DNA of 64,000 nucleotides, taken from Candidatus Uhrbacteria bacterium (GTDB taxonomy: Bacteria; Patescibacteriota; Patescibacteriia; UBA9934; GWF2-40-263). Every line of letters starts with the position of its first letter. The first letter of the stretch is position 1. The position numbers and the translations under genes were made by a program. A model generated the notes under the pieces. It was given only the letters and a program-made list of their open reading frames with translations, was not told where the DNA came from and did not search any database. Positions 1-9,299 of the stretch are shown here, one piece after another. Location of the stretch: the NCBI GenBank assembly GCA_016844925.1, contig JAERTI010000056.1, positions 6,978 through 70,977 of the forward strand. Direction: 5' to 3'.

Positions 1-1710
1 GCGGAGTACGTCGAGAGCTGGAACAGCGGGATCAACGAGGAGATCTCTCTGCTCGTCAGCGCTCCGGACCCCGTCGAGCTCTTCGGTGTGGTGACATCGA
101 ACTACCGCGTGTCCGTGCAGGATTCCGAGGTGCTGTTCGGCCGCAAGGATGTGTGGGACCCGGCCTGGGTGGCCTACGGCCCCACCGATCACCTGATCGA
201 TGAGGTTCCGTCCCCCATGGAGGCCGAGCGCCTCGAGGCTGCTGACCAGAAGTGGCCGGCAGCGCAGATCTACGCCGCACACGGCGACTACGTGAGTGCG
301 AACCGCTGCGCCCAGAAGCTCTTCGACGAGGGGAGCTACAAGGTGGCGGCCATGACGGCCGTGCTCACCGGCGACACGGAGATGATGACCAAGGCCACGA
401 CCGTCATGGTCGAAGCGCGGTACATCACCAAGACCTTCGACGTCATCCGCTACGCCATCGAGCAAGGCAGGCCCCAGGCGGCGCGGCACATCGTCGACGC
501 CCACGGGTTCGACCTGCTGGAGGTGACCGACGAGTACGCCGTGCGCCAGCTCGCCATCGCGGGCGATGGGTCGCTCCTGCCCCCGTTCATCGAGGCCAAC
601 CTCGAGAGCTGGGAGGCGGGCGGAGACCTGTCGCACCCGCACGGCGCTGAGACCATCGTGGCGGACATCGCCATGCTGGGACGGACGGACAAGGAAGCGG
701 CTCGCGGCTACGCGGCTCGCTATCTGCGTCTGGAGCACGCCAACGTGCTGATCTGGGTTCACTGCGGGGAAGGCTGCTACGCCTCGCCCATGCAGGGGAC
801 GATCGAGCTCTACGAGCTTATCAAGCACGACTCGGAGCTCAAGCAGCTCTACATCGACCGAACGCGGAAGTTCGTGGACGAGGCCTGGCCTGTTCCCGCT
901 CTGGACGAGTACGGTGAGGTCGAGAACCTGCCCGCGCAGGTTATTGCCGGTGAGCACGTGGGGAACATGTACGGCGGCTGGAGCACGGGCATGTGGGGTG
1001 GTGACGACATCTACTACGAAACCTCCCTTCTCTACACGCTCCTGATGAACGTTCATCAGAGTGGCGACGCGGACCTGATCCGACTGTGGACCGAGCTGCT
1101 CACCAGCTTCGGTCAGCGATCGGTGGCGGGGTTCGAGGACTCCACTCTCGCCTTCGAGCGGGAGATGGGTCGCGGGATCCTGGGACAGCCGGTCAACACC
1201 GACGCCCCGGACCTGACGCTCATCGAGCGCTACCTGCTCTCGAACATGCTTGGCAGGCCTGCCCCGGACCTCTCTGGTCTGTGGCAGGAGCTCGAGGATC
1301 CGACGAGCCGTACGCACTCCGACACCATGCATTCCCTGCAGTGGATGGTCAGCATGCTGCTGAAGGGGAGGGTCAACGACTCGGCCCGGACGCAGATCGT
1401 GGATCGCTACAGCCTGAACCTCGCCGAGGATGATTCCGGTGAGGGACGGATTAGCAGTCTGTTCCAGGTGGCGCTGAAGTCCAAGTACGGCAAGTCCTAC
1501 TCCTTGGAGGCGGACCTCGACCGACCCTGGCGTGCTGTGCGCACCAACCAGAGCGCGCTGGACCAGCGGGCGGCGATGGATCTGCCGCAGATCGACCTGT
1601 ACCCGGCCAGCGCCGAGCAGGCTCAGGAGATCCTGGCGCCGCACCTGCAGCGCCTCCAGACGGAGCTGCCCGTGCACTACGCGCGGTACATGGCTAGCCG
1701 CGGCGAGTAG
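1..1710 (+). CDS. hypothetical protein, 5' end outside window; very high GC (GC3-rich)
   Basis: ORF track 88..1710. The in-frame codons 1-87 contain no stop, so the ORF enters the window already open. No recognisable catalytic motif. Confidence 0.6.
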   Translation, partial: AEYVESWNSGINEEISLLVSAPDPVELFGVVTSNYRVSVQDSEVLFGRKDVWDPAWVAYGPTDHLIDEVPSPMEAERLEAADQKWPAAQIYAAHGDYVSANRCAQKLFDEGSYKVAAMTAVLTGDTEMMTKATTVMVEARYITKTFDVIRYAIEQGRPQAARHIVDAHGFDLLEVTDEYAVRQLAIAGDGSLLPPFIEANLESWEAGGDLSHPHGAETIVADIAMLGRTDKEAARGYAARYLRLEHANVLIWVHCGEGCYASPMQGTIELYELIKHDSELKQLYIDRTRKFVDEAWPVPALDEYGEVENLPAQVIAGEHVGNMYGGWSTGMWGGDDIYYETSLLYTLLMNVHQSGDADLIRLWTELLTSFGQRSVAGFEDSTLAFEREMGRGILGQPVNTDAPDLTLIERYLLSNMLGRPAPDLSGLWQELEDPTSRTHSDTMHSLQWMVSMLLKGRVNDSARTQIVDRYSLNLAEDDSGEGRISSLFQVALKSKYGKSYSLEADLDRPWRAVRTNQSALDQRAAMDLPQIDLYPASAEQAQEILAPHLQRLQTELPVHYARYMASRGE

Positions 1711-1724
1711 TCACGAGAAGACGA

Positions 1725-1780
1725 GTGGGCCCGCGCCCACTGACCGATTGCCTCCGGGTGGTCGGTCTTTTCATTTTGTT
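1725..1780 (+). terminator. intrinsic terminator (two GC hairpins followed by a T-run)
   Basis: GTGGGC-CCGC-GCCCAC hairpin at 1725-1740, GACCG...CGGTC hairpin at 1742-1766, then TTTTCATTTTG. Confidence 0.55.
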
Positions 1781-1810
1781 AAATAAAAATCTCCCTGAGG
1801 TCAGGGAGTG
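1781..1810 (-). terminator. terminator hairpin for the minus-strand kinase-like gene, overlapping its stop codon
   Basis: CTCCCTG-agg-CAGGGAG stem with an A-run on the plus strand, which is a T-run on the minus strand. Confidence 0.4.
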
Positions 1811-2382
1811 AGCGAGAGGCGCGTGCGCACCTGCGCGAGCATCATGCTCACGTAGACGTTGAGGGTTCTGAGCGAACCCGAGTTGTCAATGATGAGGTCC
1901 GTGCGAGCAGCGAGGTGTTCTGTGTCTTGCTCGGTCACGGAGGTGTCGAGGTGTATGAGGTTGGTGAAGGTCATTCCACGCTCGCCAGGTTTTTCCTTGC
2001 GACGCTGGATGCGATCCAGTCGTGTGAAGATACCGGCATGAACGTGAACGTGCACGTACGAGAGAATCGTGCGGTTGAGCACGTCGTTATCGGCCAGGAA
2101 GCGTACGCCATCAAGGACGATGAGTTCCGCGCCAGGATCTGAACGAATCTCATCACAGACCATTCTCGCAATACAGTCTGCGCCGTGTAGAGCCTTGAGC
2201 TCTTCTGCAAGACGCACATAGTCATCCCGCGTGGGGTGTGTGACCCCGCGACCGATCAGAATATGCTTGAGCAGGCCTGAGATGCTGATGTGCCAAAAGC
2301 CATATTGCTCTGCCAGGCGTCTGGCGACGGTTGTTTTTCCAGCCCCAATCCTTCCGGAGAGGCCAATGACGATTTGAGGCAT
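1801..2382 (-). CDS. P-loop NTPase, small nucleotide/nucleoside kinase-like protein (dephospho-CoA kinase / AAA_18-like)
   Basis: Walker A GLSGRIGAGKTT at the N-terminus, a DG-x-R motif, and about 190 aa, as in small kinases. Confidence 0.55.
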   Translation of the reverse strand: MPQIVIGLSGRIGAGKTTVARRLAEQYGFWHISISGLLKHILIGRGVTHPTRDDYVRLAEELKALHGADCIARMVCDEIRSDPGAELIVLDGVRFLADNDVLNRTILSYVHVHVHAGIFTRLDRIQRRKEKPGERGMTFTNLIHLDTSVTEQDTEHLAARTDLIIDNSGSLRTLNVYVSMMLAQVRTRLSLTP

Positions 2383-2486
2383 CGTGGCTCTCCTAAGGAT
2401 TGCAGGGAGGTGGTATCATGGATATATCAGAGGTTTTTGTAAAGCTGCAACGTTTTGAAGATTCCTGCGATATAGTTATTGCAAGG

Positions 2487-2516
2487 TCGAAACGTGACGA
2501 ATTCAGGCACGTCACA
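2487..2516 (+). promoter_or_regulatory. ECF-type promoter (GAAAC-N16-CGTC) upstream of the ECF sigma gene; probable autoregulation
   Basis: TCGAAAC at 2487-2493, a 16-nt spacer, then CGTC at 2510-2513. An 8-bp GGCTCGCG/CGCGAGCC hairpin at 2520-2552 lies in the predicted 5' UTR. Confidence 0.45.
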
Positions 2517-2577
2517 CTAGGCTCGCGGCAAACCCCCGAATGTCGCGAGCCTGGGCATAGGCTGATTATAGATTCTT

Positions 2578-3210
2578 ATGGAAAATGAATTGGAGGTGAT
2601 TGCTCATGCACAAAAAGACCCGGAGATGTTTGGGAGATTGTACGATACGTACTATCAGCCCATCTTTGGGTTCATGTATAACAGGACTGGAAACGCAGAA
2701 GTGGCAAAGGACCTCACGAGCGAAACATTCTTCCAGGCCTTGAAAAACTTGCATAAGTACAAACCTCGTGAAGGAAGCAAATTTAAATCATGGCTTTTCG
2801 CCATTGGAGTCGCGCAAGTGGGTAACTACTTCCGTAGCCGCTCAAAGGTGCTGGAAGTGAGTACTGATGAAGCTCCGGAGCTCGTAGATCGCGATGAGTT
2901 TAGACCAGACATTGCCTATCAAATGGGTGAGGATGTCGGCGAACTTAAACAGCAGGTTGAGCTTCTGCATCGCGTGATGAAGCAGTTGAACCAAAAACAA
3001 CAAACCATTCTTACACTCAGATACTTTTCCCACATGACCGTGCCGGAGATTGCCTCTACCATGGACATGAAGCAGGGAACGATTAAGTCACATATACACC
3101 GTGCGATAAAAAAGATGCAGACTCTCATGATTGAGAAGACTGCTGTTACCGAAACTACTGAGGAACAAACAACCCTTAAGACCTATGAAGCGCAACCAGC
3201 AAAACATTGA
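2578..3210 (+). CDS. RNA polymerase ECF sigma factor (sigma-70 family, regions 2 and 4)
   Basis: Region 2 motifs (YQPIFGFMY, ETFFQAL) and region 4 (TILTLRYFSHMTVPEIASTMDMKQGTIKSHIHRAIKKM). About 200 aa. Confidence 0.85.
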   Translation: MENELEVIAHAQKDPEMFGRLYDTYYQPIFGFMYNRTGNAEVAKDLTSETFFQALKNLHKYKPREGSKFKSWLFAIGVAQVGNYFRSRSKVLEVSTDEAPELVDRDEFRPDIAYQMGEDVGELKQQVELLHRVMKQLNQKQQTILTLRYFSHMTVPEIASTMDMKQGTIKSHIHRAIKKMQTLMIEKTAVTETTEEQTTLKTYEAQPAKH

Positions 3211-3616
3211 AGACCTCCTCGAGCGCATGGGATCCCAGGAGCATCCTGGTGACCCCCAGCACCGCTACGAGCTACGTCGTCAGCTTTTGTGTTCACGCTT
3301 CTTTGAGGATTGTAATCGCCAGAGTCGTTGGGATCGTCTCTTCACCTATACAGCACCGCTCGTTGCTGGTGGGATGATGGTGGGCGTTCTCGTGGTATTT
3401 GCTGCAGCTTGGCCACAGGATACGGCAACCATTCAGCAGCAGGTTGCTTCGCAACCAGTTGCAGAGGCTTCTATGGAGCTTGCAGATATCACGGTTGATG
3501 TAACGGAGTTTGTTTCCGACGCAGAGGCTCCTACCGTGCGACTTGCGGATTTCGAGCAGCAGAATCAGGTTCGTTTCGTTCCTATGCAGCGTAGTCAGGT
3601 CGTTCGAACACAGTAG
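3185..3616 (+). CDS. putative anti-sigma factor, single TM helix; overlaps the end of the sigma gene by about 26 nt
   Basis: Lies directly downstream of, and overlapping, the ECF sigma gene. Cytoplasmic N-terminus, TM segment LVAGGMMVGVLVVFAAAW, short extracytoplasmic tail. Start taken at the internal ATG (MKRNQQ); the ORF track start at 3131 is also possible. Confidence 0.5.
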   Translation: MKRNQQNIEDLLERMGSQEHPGDPQHRYELRRQLLCSRFFEDCNRQSRWDRLFTYTAPLVAGGMMVGVLVVFAAAWPQDTATIQQQVASQPVAEASMELADITVDVTEFVSDAEAPTVRLADFEQQNQVRFVPMQRSQVVRTQ

Positions 3617-3705
3617 AATTCATGGACAGTCAAAAGGCTGTTTTTTGTTTCCACAGTCACTGCAACGAAAGCTTGCGTAGTCACATTAGGAGTTGATATA
3701 ATTTA

Positions 3706-4045
3706 AGTGCTCCACGGAACTAATTTGGGCAAACAATTGGCTTAAGGCTTAGAACCGGTTCACCTTGGTGGACCATGAGAGCCTCGCGGTTATCCCCTCG
3801 GGGAGAAGTTATTCAGAACGTCGTATCGGCCCACAAGCTGAACTGATCGTATCTGAGGCGCGCTGTGCTGCGGCACAGGGCCCGACTAGAACCAGCCAAA
3901 TGTAGGGTCGTGGAGTAACAAAAAGCTCCAAAATGAGCGATATTTCAACTCAGTTCTGTGCGCACTCGGTCAACGACCATTTAAGGTCGTCTCCCTCGTG
4001 TGCTCGAACTTCATTGAAATCTCATCTCATTTTGGAGCTTTTTGA
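3706..4045 (+). ncRNA. candidate structured small RNA or palindromic element (class unknown) with its own promoter and a terminator-like 3' end
   Basis: TTGCGT-N18-TATAAT (perfect -10) at 3673-3711. A 19-bp inverted repeat at 3919-3937 / 4026-4044, extended by ATTTCAA/TTGAAAT and AGTTC/GAACT, encloses a roughly 88-nt interior and is followed by TTTTT. Internal CUGUGC-UGCG-GCACAG hairpin. No ORF of 60 aa or more in the region. Confidence 0.3.
3919..4044. repeat. long-range inverted repeat (19 bp arms, about 88 nt spacer) forming an extended imperfect hairpin
   Basis: ACAAAAAGCTCCAAAATGAG at 3918-3937 is the reverse complement of CTCATTTTGGAGCTTTTTG at 4026-4044. Confidence 0.7.
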
Positions 4046-4051
4046 TTCGCC

Positions 4052-4303
4052 TTAGAGTGCGCCTTCTTCGGAGAGGCGTTTTGTTTTGGTTGTTGTTCCA
4101 CGGTTGTAGCCGCCTGGTGTTCCGTCGGATCGGACGACTCGGTGACAGGGGATATCTGGGTCGTAGTTTTTGTTTAAGATGTTTCCGACGGCGCGGTAGG
4201 CCTTGGGTCGACCTGCTGCTTCAGCCACTTCTTTGTAGGTCATGGTTTGGCCTTTTGGAATGTTTCGCACGATCTCGTAGATTACGTCAGAGAAACTGGT
4301 CAT
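4052..4303 (-). CDS. ogt: methylated-DNA-[protein]-cysteine S-methyltransferase (MGMT/Ogt DNA-binding and active-site domain)
   Basis: PCHRVV active-site motif; about 83 aa with the MGMT fold sequence. The start ATG overlaps the stop of the upstream glycosylase gene (ATGA). Confidence 0.8.
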   Translation of the reverse strand: MTSFSDVIYEIVRNIPKGQTMTYKEVAEAAGRPKAYRAVGNILNKNYDPDIPCHRVVRSDGTPGGYNRGTTTKTKRLSEEGAL

Positions 4304-5190
4304 AGGGGCAGGGTTAGGCGCGTCTTTGTTTTTTGGAGAAGGTTGTCTTGGCACAAGCGCTTGATCATATATTCGACCCAAGCTTGATCATGTGTTTTAT
4401 CGAACGTCTTGTCGATGAGTGGTCCTATATTCGAGAGGCTTACTTCGTCCTGTTCACGAACAAGCTTAAGTATCCGACCGCGATAGATGCGGTCTGGGTA
4501 GCGTTTATCCCGATGATGACGTTCTTTGCTCTTAGGGGTCGACCGTTTCGGAATACGCACGCGTCCAGAGAGGAACCGCTCTGCTACGGGACAGTCTCGA
4601 CGTAGTGGACACCGCATACATTCTGGCTTCTTTGTGCAGATCATGGTGGCGAGGTCGAAGATTGCCTGTGGGACTTCATAGAAATGACCCCGGTGGGGGA
4701 GGAATGACTCGGCTTCTTTTGCAATACGGTCGTCGTCTTTGAGATCGCTGTAGGGCTTGGCAAGTAGAATGCGCCCGAGAACACGGCGAATGTTTGTATC
4801 GATGGGCATGGTGCGCTTCTTTTGTGCAAACGCACTGACAGCTGCTGCTGTATAAGGTCCAATGCCTTTGATAGATTTCCACTCAGTTTCAGTTTTTGGG
4901 ACGCCATTTTTTGTGACATGGCGAGCCATGTCACGCAGGGCAAGTGCGCGACGATTATAACCAAGGCCTGCCCAGGCACGGATTACTTCTGCATTAGATG
5001 CTGCAGCGAGCTTCTTCCAGGTGGGGAATTGTTTCAGCCAGGACCGGTAATACTTCTTTACACGATCGACTTGTGTCTGCTGCAGCATGATCTCGCTTAC
5101 CAGGATGCGGTAGGGGTTGCGTGTGCGTCGCCATGGTAGGTCTCGGCCGTGACGGCGATACCAGCGCAAGAGTTTTACGGCTCGTGTCAT
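4300..5190 (-). CDS. mutY: HhH-GPD DNA glycosylase with a 4Fe-4S cluster (MutY/Nth family, A/G-specific adenine glycosylase-like; lacks the C-terminal NUDIX-like domain)
   Basis: LPWRRTRNPYRILVSEIMLQQTQV N-terminus, a GIGPYTA helix-hairpin-helix, and the C-x6-C-x2-C-x5-C ligands CTKKPECMRCPLRRDCP. Confidence 0.8.
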   Translation of the reverse strand: MTRAVKLLRWYRRHGRDLPWRRTRNPYRILVSEIMLQQTQVDRVKKYYRSWLKQFPTWKKLAAASNAEVIRAWAGLGYNRRALALRDMARHVTKNGVPKTETEWKSIKGIGPYTAAAVSAFAQKKRTMPIDTNIRRVLGRILLAKPYSDLKDDDRIAKEAESFLPHRGHFYEVPQAIFDLATMICTKKPECMRCPLRRDCPVAERFLSGRVRIPKRSTPKSKERHHRDKRYPDRIYRGRILKLVREQDEVSLSNIGPLIDKTFDKTHDQAWVEYMIKRLCQDNLLQKTKTRLTLPL

Positions 5191-5774
5191 ACCTCGTCGA
5201 GCACGCCAGCTTCTTGGAGCGCGCGGTAATGATCTGGTTTGTATCGGTGTAAGTATTCGACGACCTTCCCACGGACCGGGCTCGCGTCGAGTCCTATGGA
5301 TGCGGCAAAGCGTGCGATGCGATCGTTGGCTTCTTGTTGCTGATCAGCTGACTCGATGAGAAGTTCAATCTCGGCAACGGCGTAATCAAAGTCACAATGA
5401 TCGAGATCTAGCCGGAAGCCATCACGCAGATAACTTCGACGTGCTTTTTCGATTCGGACAAAGGGTCTATATCCAGCGGCTCTGATTTCATCCGTAAGAT
5501 TGTCGCCTGGGAAACCGAACCATTCCGCAATAGACGTGTCATCTTCAAGTTCCTCGTAGGTTGTTGCAAGTCCCTCCCGATATCCACGTCGACCAATTTT
5601 TAACTCCCACTGTCCATTACGTTGGCGGAGCCACACGTCTCGTTTTCCAAGTGTGAGATCCTCTGAATCATAATAGATGTCGATGTTAATCTTCTCATGA
5701 TCAAGGACGGCGCCTTCAACAAGTTTCTGTTCCTGTTCAGCATCAAGACGAAATTTTTGCTCCACTTCAATCAT
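5187..5774 (-). CDS. CYTH-domain protein (triphosphate tunnel metalloenzyme; class IV adenylate cyclase / thiamine-triphosphatase-like)
   Basis: N-terminal EVEQKF (ExExK) CYTH signature; about 195 aa. Overlaps the glycosylase gene by 4 nt, so probably the same operon. Confidence 0.7.
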   Translation of the reverse strand: MIEVEQKFRLDAEQEQKLVEGAVLDHEKINIDIYYDSEDLTLGKRDVWLRQRNGQWELKIGRRGYREGLATTYEELEDDTSIAEWFGFPGDNLTDEIRAAGYRPFVRIEKARRSYLRDGFRLDLDHCDFDYAVAEIELLIESADQQQEANDRIARFAASIGLDASPVRGKVVEYLHRYKPDHYRALQEAGVLDEV

Positions 5775-5861
5775 AGGTTTTTTGTGTGCGGATAAATGTT
5801 GATTCCCCTTGGGGCCATACTATCGTAAAATAGAGCGTGATAATGAACAACTTGTTTTTCT

Positions 5862-6995
5862 ATGAAGATTGATCAGAATAAGATTCTCATGGGGGTGGTG
5901 ACACTTCTTGCTGCTGCTGTTGTGGTTTTGGGAGTGATGTTAGTTGCACAAGAGGCACCAGAAGAGAGGCAGCAAATATCCGTTGATGATTCTGTTGATC
6001 GGCATGACCATGATGAAGATGAAGACTCGATAGAGATAGAGGAAGAGAAAGATGAGGTTGAGATCCAAGAGGAGGCGCCGGTCTTTTTTTCAACAATGAC
6101 GCATTTGGAAGGTGACTGGGACTTTGTCGAAGAGCGCGAAGAAGGATTTGATCGCCAGGCAGGATATCTGCGCATGGGCATGGATTATGCTGAGCAGTAT
6201 GACGCCATTTTGACGTTTGAGTCTGAGATGCCATTTGCCAGAGCGATGGTGAAGTGGGATGACAATGTCTTTCAGGAGGCGCTAGACCGAGGGATGGGCA
6301 TTGGTACCCATTGTGACACACGGCCAACAGAGCCACGTTCCGTTGAAGAGTTTGCTGCAGATATCGCAGAGCGCAAGGCGCTTGTCGATGCGGTTGTAGA
6401 TTCTTCGGAGAACCTTGGTTGCGCTGGAGCGGGTGGATTGAATGACTGGTATGGAGGAATGGTCGGTGCTGGATTCAATTATATCAATGGTATTGTGGGA
6501 TTTCATTATCTAGCCATGCCTTTACGCGAGAGGCCGGAAGGTTGGGATAACCGCGCGATTACATCGGAGTACTATCACTACACGGCTCCTGAGGAAGATG
6601 ATCTTCGCTACTACCCGTTTCGTGTGAGCAGTGCAAGTTTCACAGAAGATCCTTCTGGAGAGCTTGTGGTAAGTGCTGGTGACATCGGAGAGATTTCCTC
6701 AATTGGGGACTTGGCTTTGGCCGGTGAAACAGGGTGGGGCGCTGACTGTTCGCCTAACTGTGCCATCGACATGGCGGACGTTGATGCGATTGAAGATGCG
6801 ATCAGAAGCTTTGTTGAGACACGTGACACGAGTCGGGTGGCGAAACTTCAAGTGTATATTTCTACACAAAAGTTTTCTGACCCGGGCATAGAGTTATTTT
6901 TTGAGCGCTTGCAGGCTTTGCAAGATGAAGGAGTGATTCAGTGGGCAAGTCAAAAGGAGGTTTATGAAGCCTTCGTTGAGTGGGAGCGTAACTAA
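5862..6995 (+). CDS. hypothetical secreted or membrane-anchored protein with an acidic low-complexity stretch
   Basis: N-terminal hydrophobic anchor (LMGVVTLLAAAVVVLGVMLVA), then DHDEDEDSIEIEEEKDEVEIQEE. No catalytic motif recognised. Confidence 0.6.
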   Translation: MKIDQNKILMGVVTLLAAAVVVLGVMLVAQEAPEERQQISVDDSVDRHDHDEDEDSIEIEEEKDEVEIQEEAPVFFSTMTHLEGDWDFVEEREEGFDRQAGYLRMGMDYAEQYDAILTFESEMPFARAMVKWDDNVFQEALDRGMGIGTHCDTRPTEPRSVEEFAADIAERKALVDAVVDSSENLGCAGAGGLNDWYGGMVGAGFNYINGIVGFHYLAMPLRERPEGWDNRAITSEYYHYTAPEEDDLRYYPFRVSSASFTEDPSGELVVSAGDIGEISSIGDLALAGETGWGADCSPNCAIDMADVDAIEDAIRSFVETRDTSRVAKLQVYISTQKFSDPGIELFFERLQALQDEGVIQWASQKEVYEAFVEWERN

Positions 6996-7033
6996 TTAAA
7001 TTCATCGGAGTTTTTTGCACGTTTGCATTAAGT

Positions 7034-8320
7034 ATGTCAGGAGGACTTTTTAAAAACCGGAAGATGCTAGAGGTAACCGACTTACGTAAGGATGCGTTGT
7101 CGATTATTGAGGCAGGTATGGATGCAGTGCAGACGGATGCGGTTCTTCGAAAAAAGATTTCACGAAAAAATAACAAGCTTGTTGTTGGACGTCGTCAGTA
7201 TCAGTTAGACCGATATCGACGTGTGTTTGTTGTCGGCATTGGAAAGGCTTCACTGGAGGCTGCAGGGGTTCTCGAAGACCTTCTTGGAAACAGAATCACC
7301 GATGGTGTTGTCCTTGATGTGAAACGTGGACCGTTGAAATACCTCAAGAGCGTGAAAGGGAGTCATCCATATCCAAGCTCAGAAAACATTCGTGCTACCG
7401 GAGAGATTGCCGGGATCCTGAAGGGGTTAGACTCTCGAGATTTGCTTATAGCAATCATTTCCGGTGGAGGCTCAGCGCTACTTTGCTGGCCATATAATTT
7501 GGAGTGCGTGGATATCGTTGGGATTACAAAAACACTCATGAAAAAGGGAGCTGAGATTCACGAGTTGAATACGGTACGGAAACATCTTTCAGAGATTCAA
7601 GGAGGTCAATTCGCTCGATTGGCACACCCTGCAACGGTTGTGGGCCTCATCTTTTCTGATGTTCCTGGCGATGACTTATCCATGATCGCATCTGGTCCTA
7701 CGGTCCTTGACCAAACAACGGTGGGAGATGCGGCGCGCATTCTAAAAAAATACAATGTTCTCAAGCACTGCAAGCTCCCTACATGCCAACTAAAAGAAAC
7801 ACCAAAAGATCCCGAGTTGTTTGCTCACGTTCATAATGAATTGATTGTCAGTGGGAGCGATGCGGCCAAGGCAATGAAGCGTCGCAGTCGTGAACTTGGA
7901 TACAAACCACTCATTTTTTCAACCACGCTCGATGGGGAGGCACGTGAGGTGGGTGAGCTTTTAGCTGGACTACCGAAACCAGGACAAGCAGTGATCGCCA
8001 CGGGGGAAACAACGGTAACGGTGCTGCACGATGGCAAGGGTGGTCGTAATCAAGAAGTGGCATTGGGAGCATTAGAGCACGTAAAAGAAGATGGAGTCGT
8101 TGTTTCTTTTGGAAGTGATGGAATTGATAATACCCCTGTGGCAGGAGCGATTGCAGACGCCGTCGTTCGTCGACGTGCTGCTGGCAAAGGCTTGATACCA
8201 GCTGAATATCTTGCCAAGAATCAATCCTATGATTTTTTTCAACAGACAAGATCCTACATACGGACAGGGGTCACAGGAGTGAACGTCTCGGATCTTCTAT
8301 TGTCGATTCGGGCAAAGTAG
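7034..8320 (+). CDS. glycerate kinase (MOFRL / GckA-TtuD family, glycerate 2-kinase)
   Basis: 428 aa with GIGKAS and ISGGGSALL motifs and a C-terminal MOFRL-like region. Confidence 0.7.
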   Translation: MSGGLFKNRKMLEVTDLRKDALSIIEAGMDAVQTDAVLRKKISRKNNKLVVGRRQYQLDRYRRVFVVGIGKASLEAAGVLEDLLGNRITDGVVLDVKRGPLKYLKSVKGSHPYPSSENIRATGEIAGILKGLDSRDLLIAIISGGGSALLCWPYNLECVDIVGITKTLMKKGAEIHELNTVRKHLSEIQGGQFARLAHPATVVGLIFSDVPGDDLSMIASGPTVLDQTTVGDAARILKKYNVLKHCKLPTCQLKETPKDPELFAHVHNELIVSGSDAAKAMKRRSRELGYKPLIFSTTLDGEAREVGELLAGLPKPGQAVIATGETTVTVLHDGKGGRNQEVALGALEHVKEDGVVVSFGSDGIDNTPVAGAIADAVVRRRAAGKGLIPAEYLAKNQSYDFFQQTRSYIRTGVTGVNVSDLLLSIRAK

Positions 8321-8345
8321 CGTATCTTTGCGCCGAATCATTTCT

Positions 8346-9299
8346 ATGCATATAGCCCTTTTAGTCTTCGAGCAAGAGGACGTTAAACTACTTTCTGGTT
8401 CCAAAATGTTCGTGAAGCGTGCGAGGAAAGCCGGTCATCGGGTGAGTATTTTGCGTGAGCGAGAAATTTACGTGGTTTTTAATGGACAGAAAAGGTCTCT
8501 TTATAAAAAAGGAAAACCCATCAAGAAATTTGATGCGGTGGTTGTAAGACCTTCGTTTAAATCAGACCCGTCCATTCACACTTCCCTTATTCGGCAGTTT
8601 GAGCTTGAGGGACAGTTGGTGATCAATCCACACACGGGCGTTCATCGTACAAAGAATAAAATTCGGACACTTCAGCTTTTGCATCACTACGAGATTGCGA
8701 TGCCTAAGACGGTGGTGTTGTTCGGTTCCGATGAGCTTGACCATGTGATGAGTGATTTTAAGTATCCCGTGGTGGTGAAGTCTGCCTATGGAGCTGGTGG
8801 CTCAGGCGTGTTTATTGCTGAGACGAAACGTTCGCTTAAGCCGGTAGTTGAGCATCTGCTGCGAAAGCGAGGAGGAGTTCGTGAGCCTATCAAGATTCAG
8901 GAGTATATTGCTGAGTCAAAGGGGAAAGACTTGCGACTGTTTGTTGTAGGAAAGAATGTTGTTGCGACCATGCAGCGTTCAGCAAAGAAGGGAGATTTTC
9001 GATCGAACTTTCATCAGGGTGGTTCTGTTGAGGGGGTTGAACCGACACAGGAGGAGCGAGAGATGGCTGTTCGTGCAAGCGTCGACCTTGGTCTTGATAT
9101 TTCGGGGGTCGACATTCTTCGAACAAAACGTGGGCCGGTCATTATTGAAGTGAACTCACAGCCAGGCCTTGAGGGGATTACCAAGGCAACAGGTGTTGAT
9201 GTGGCTGGCGCGATCGTGAAGTACGTTGAGCGTCGTGTGAAGCGACGGAAGAAACGCTTGAAGACGGTGAAAGAAAAAAGAAGTGCTGTAGAGGGATAA
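8346..9299 (+). CDS. rimK: RimK-family ATP-grasp ligase (alpha-L-glutamate ligase)
   Basis: ATP-grasp motifs (VVVKSAYGAGGSGVF, EYIAESKGKDLRLFVVG, IEVNSQPGLEG). Start taken at MHIALL; 8328 is also possible. Confidence 0.75.
   Translation: MHIALLVFEQEDVKLLSGSKMFVKRARKAGHRVSILREREIYVVFNGQKRSLYKKGKPIKKFDAVVVRPSFKSDPSIHTSLIRQFELEGQLVINPHTGVHRTKNKIRTLQLLHHYEIAMPKTVVLFGSDELDHVMSDFKYPVVVKSAYGAGGSGVFIAETKRSLKPVVEHLLRKRGGVREPIKIQEYIAESKGKDLRLFVVGKNVVATMQRSAKKGDFRSNFHQGGSVEGVEPTQEEREMAVRASVDLGLDISGVDILRTKRGPVIIEVNSQPGLEGITKATGVDVAGAIVKYVERRVKRRKKRLKTVKEKRSAVEG

Noticed and set aside
3718-4045. Possible tmRNA, RNase P RNA, 6S RNA or SRP RNA identity for the intergenic structured region
   Set aside because: No tRNA-like acceptor/T-arm with a tag reading frame, no P4 (AGGAAAGUCCGG / ACAGAACCCGGCUUA) consensus, and only a weak resemblance to SRP helix 8 (GAACCAGCCAAA). 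Kept as unclassified.
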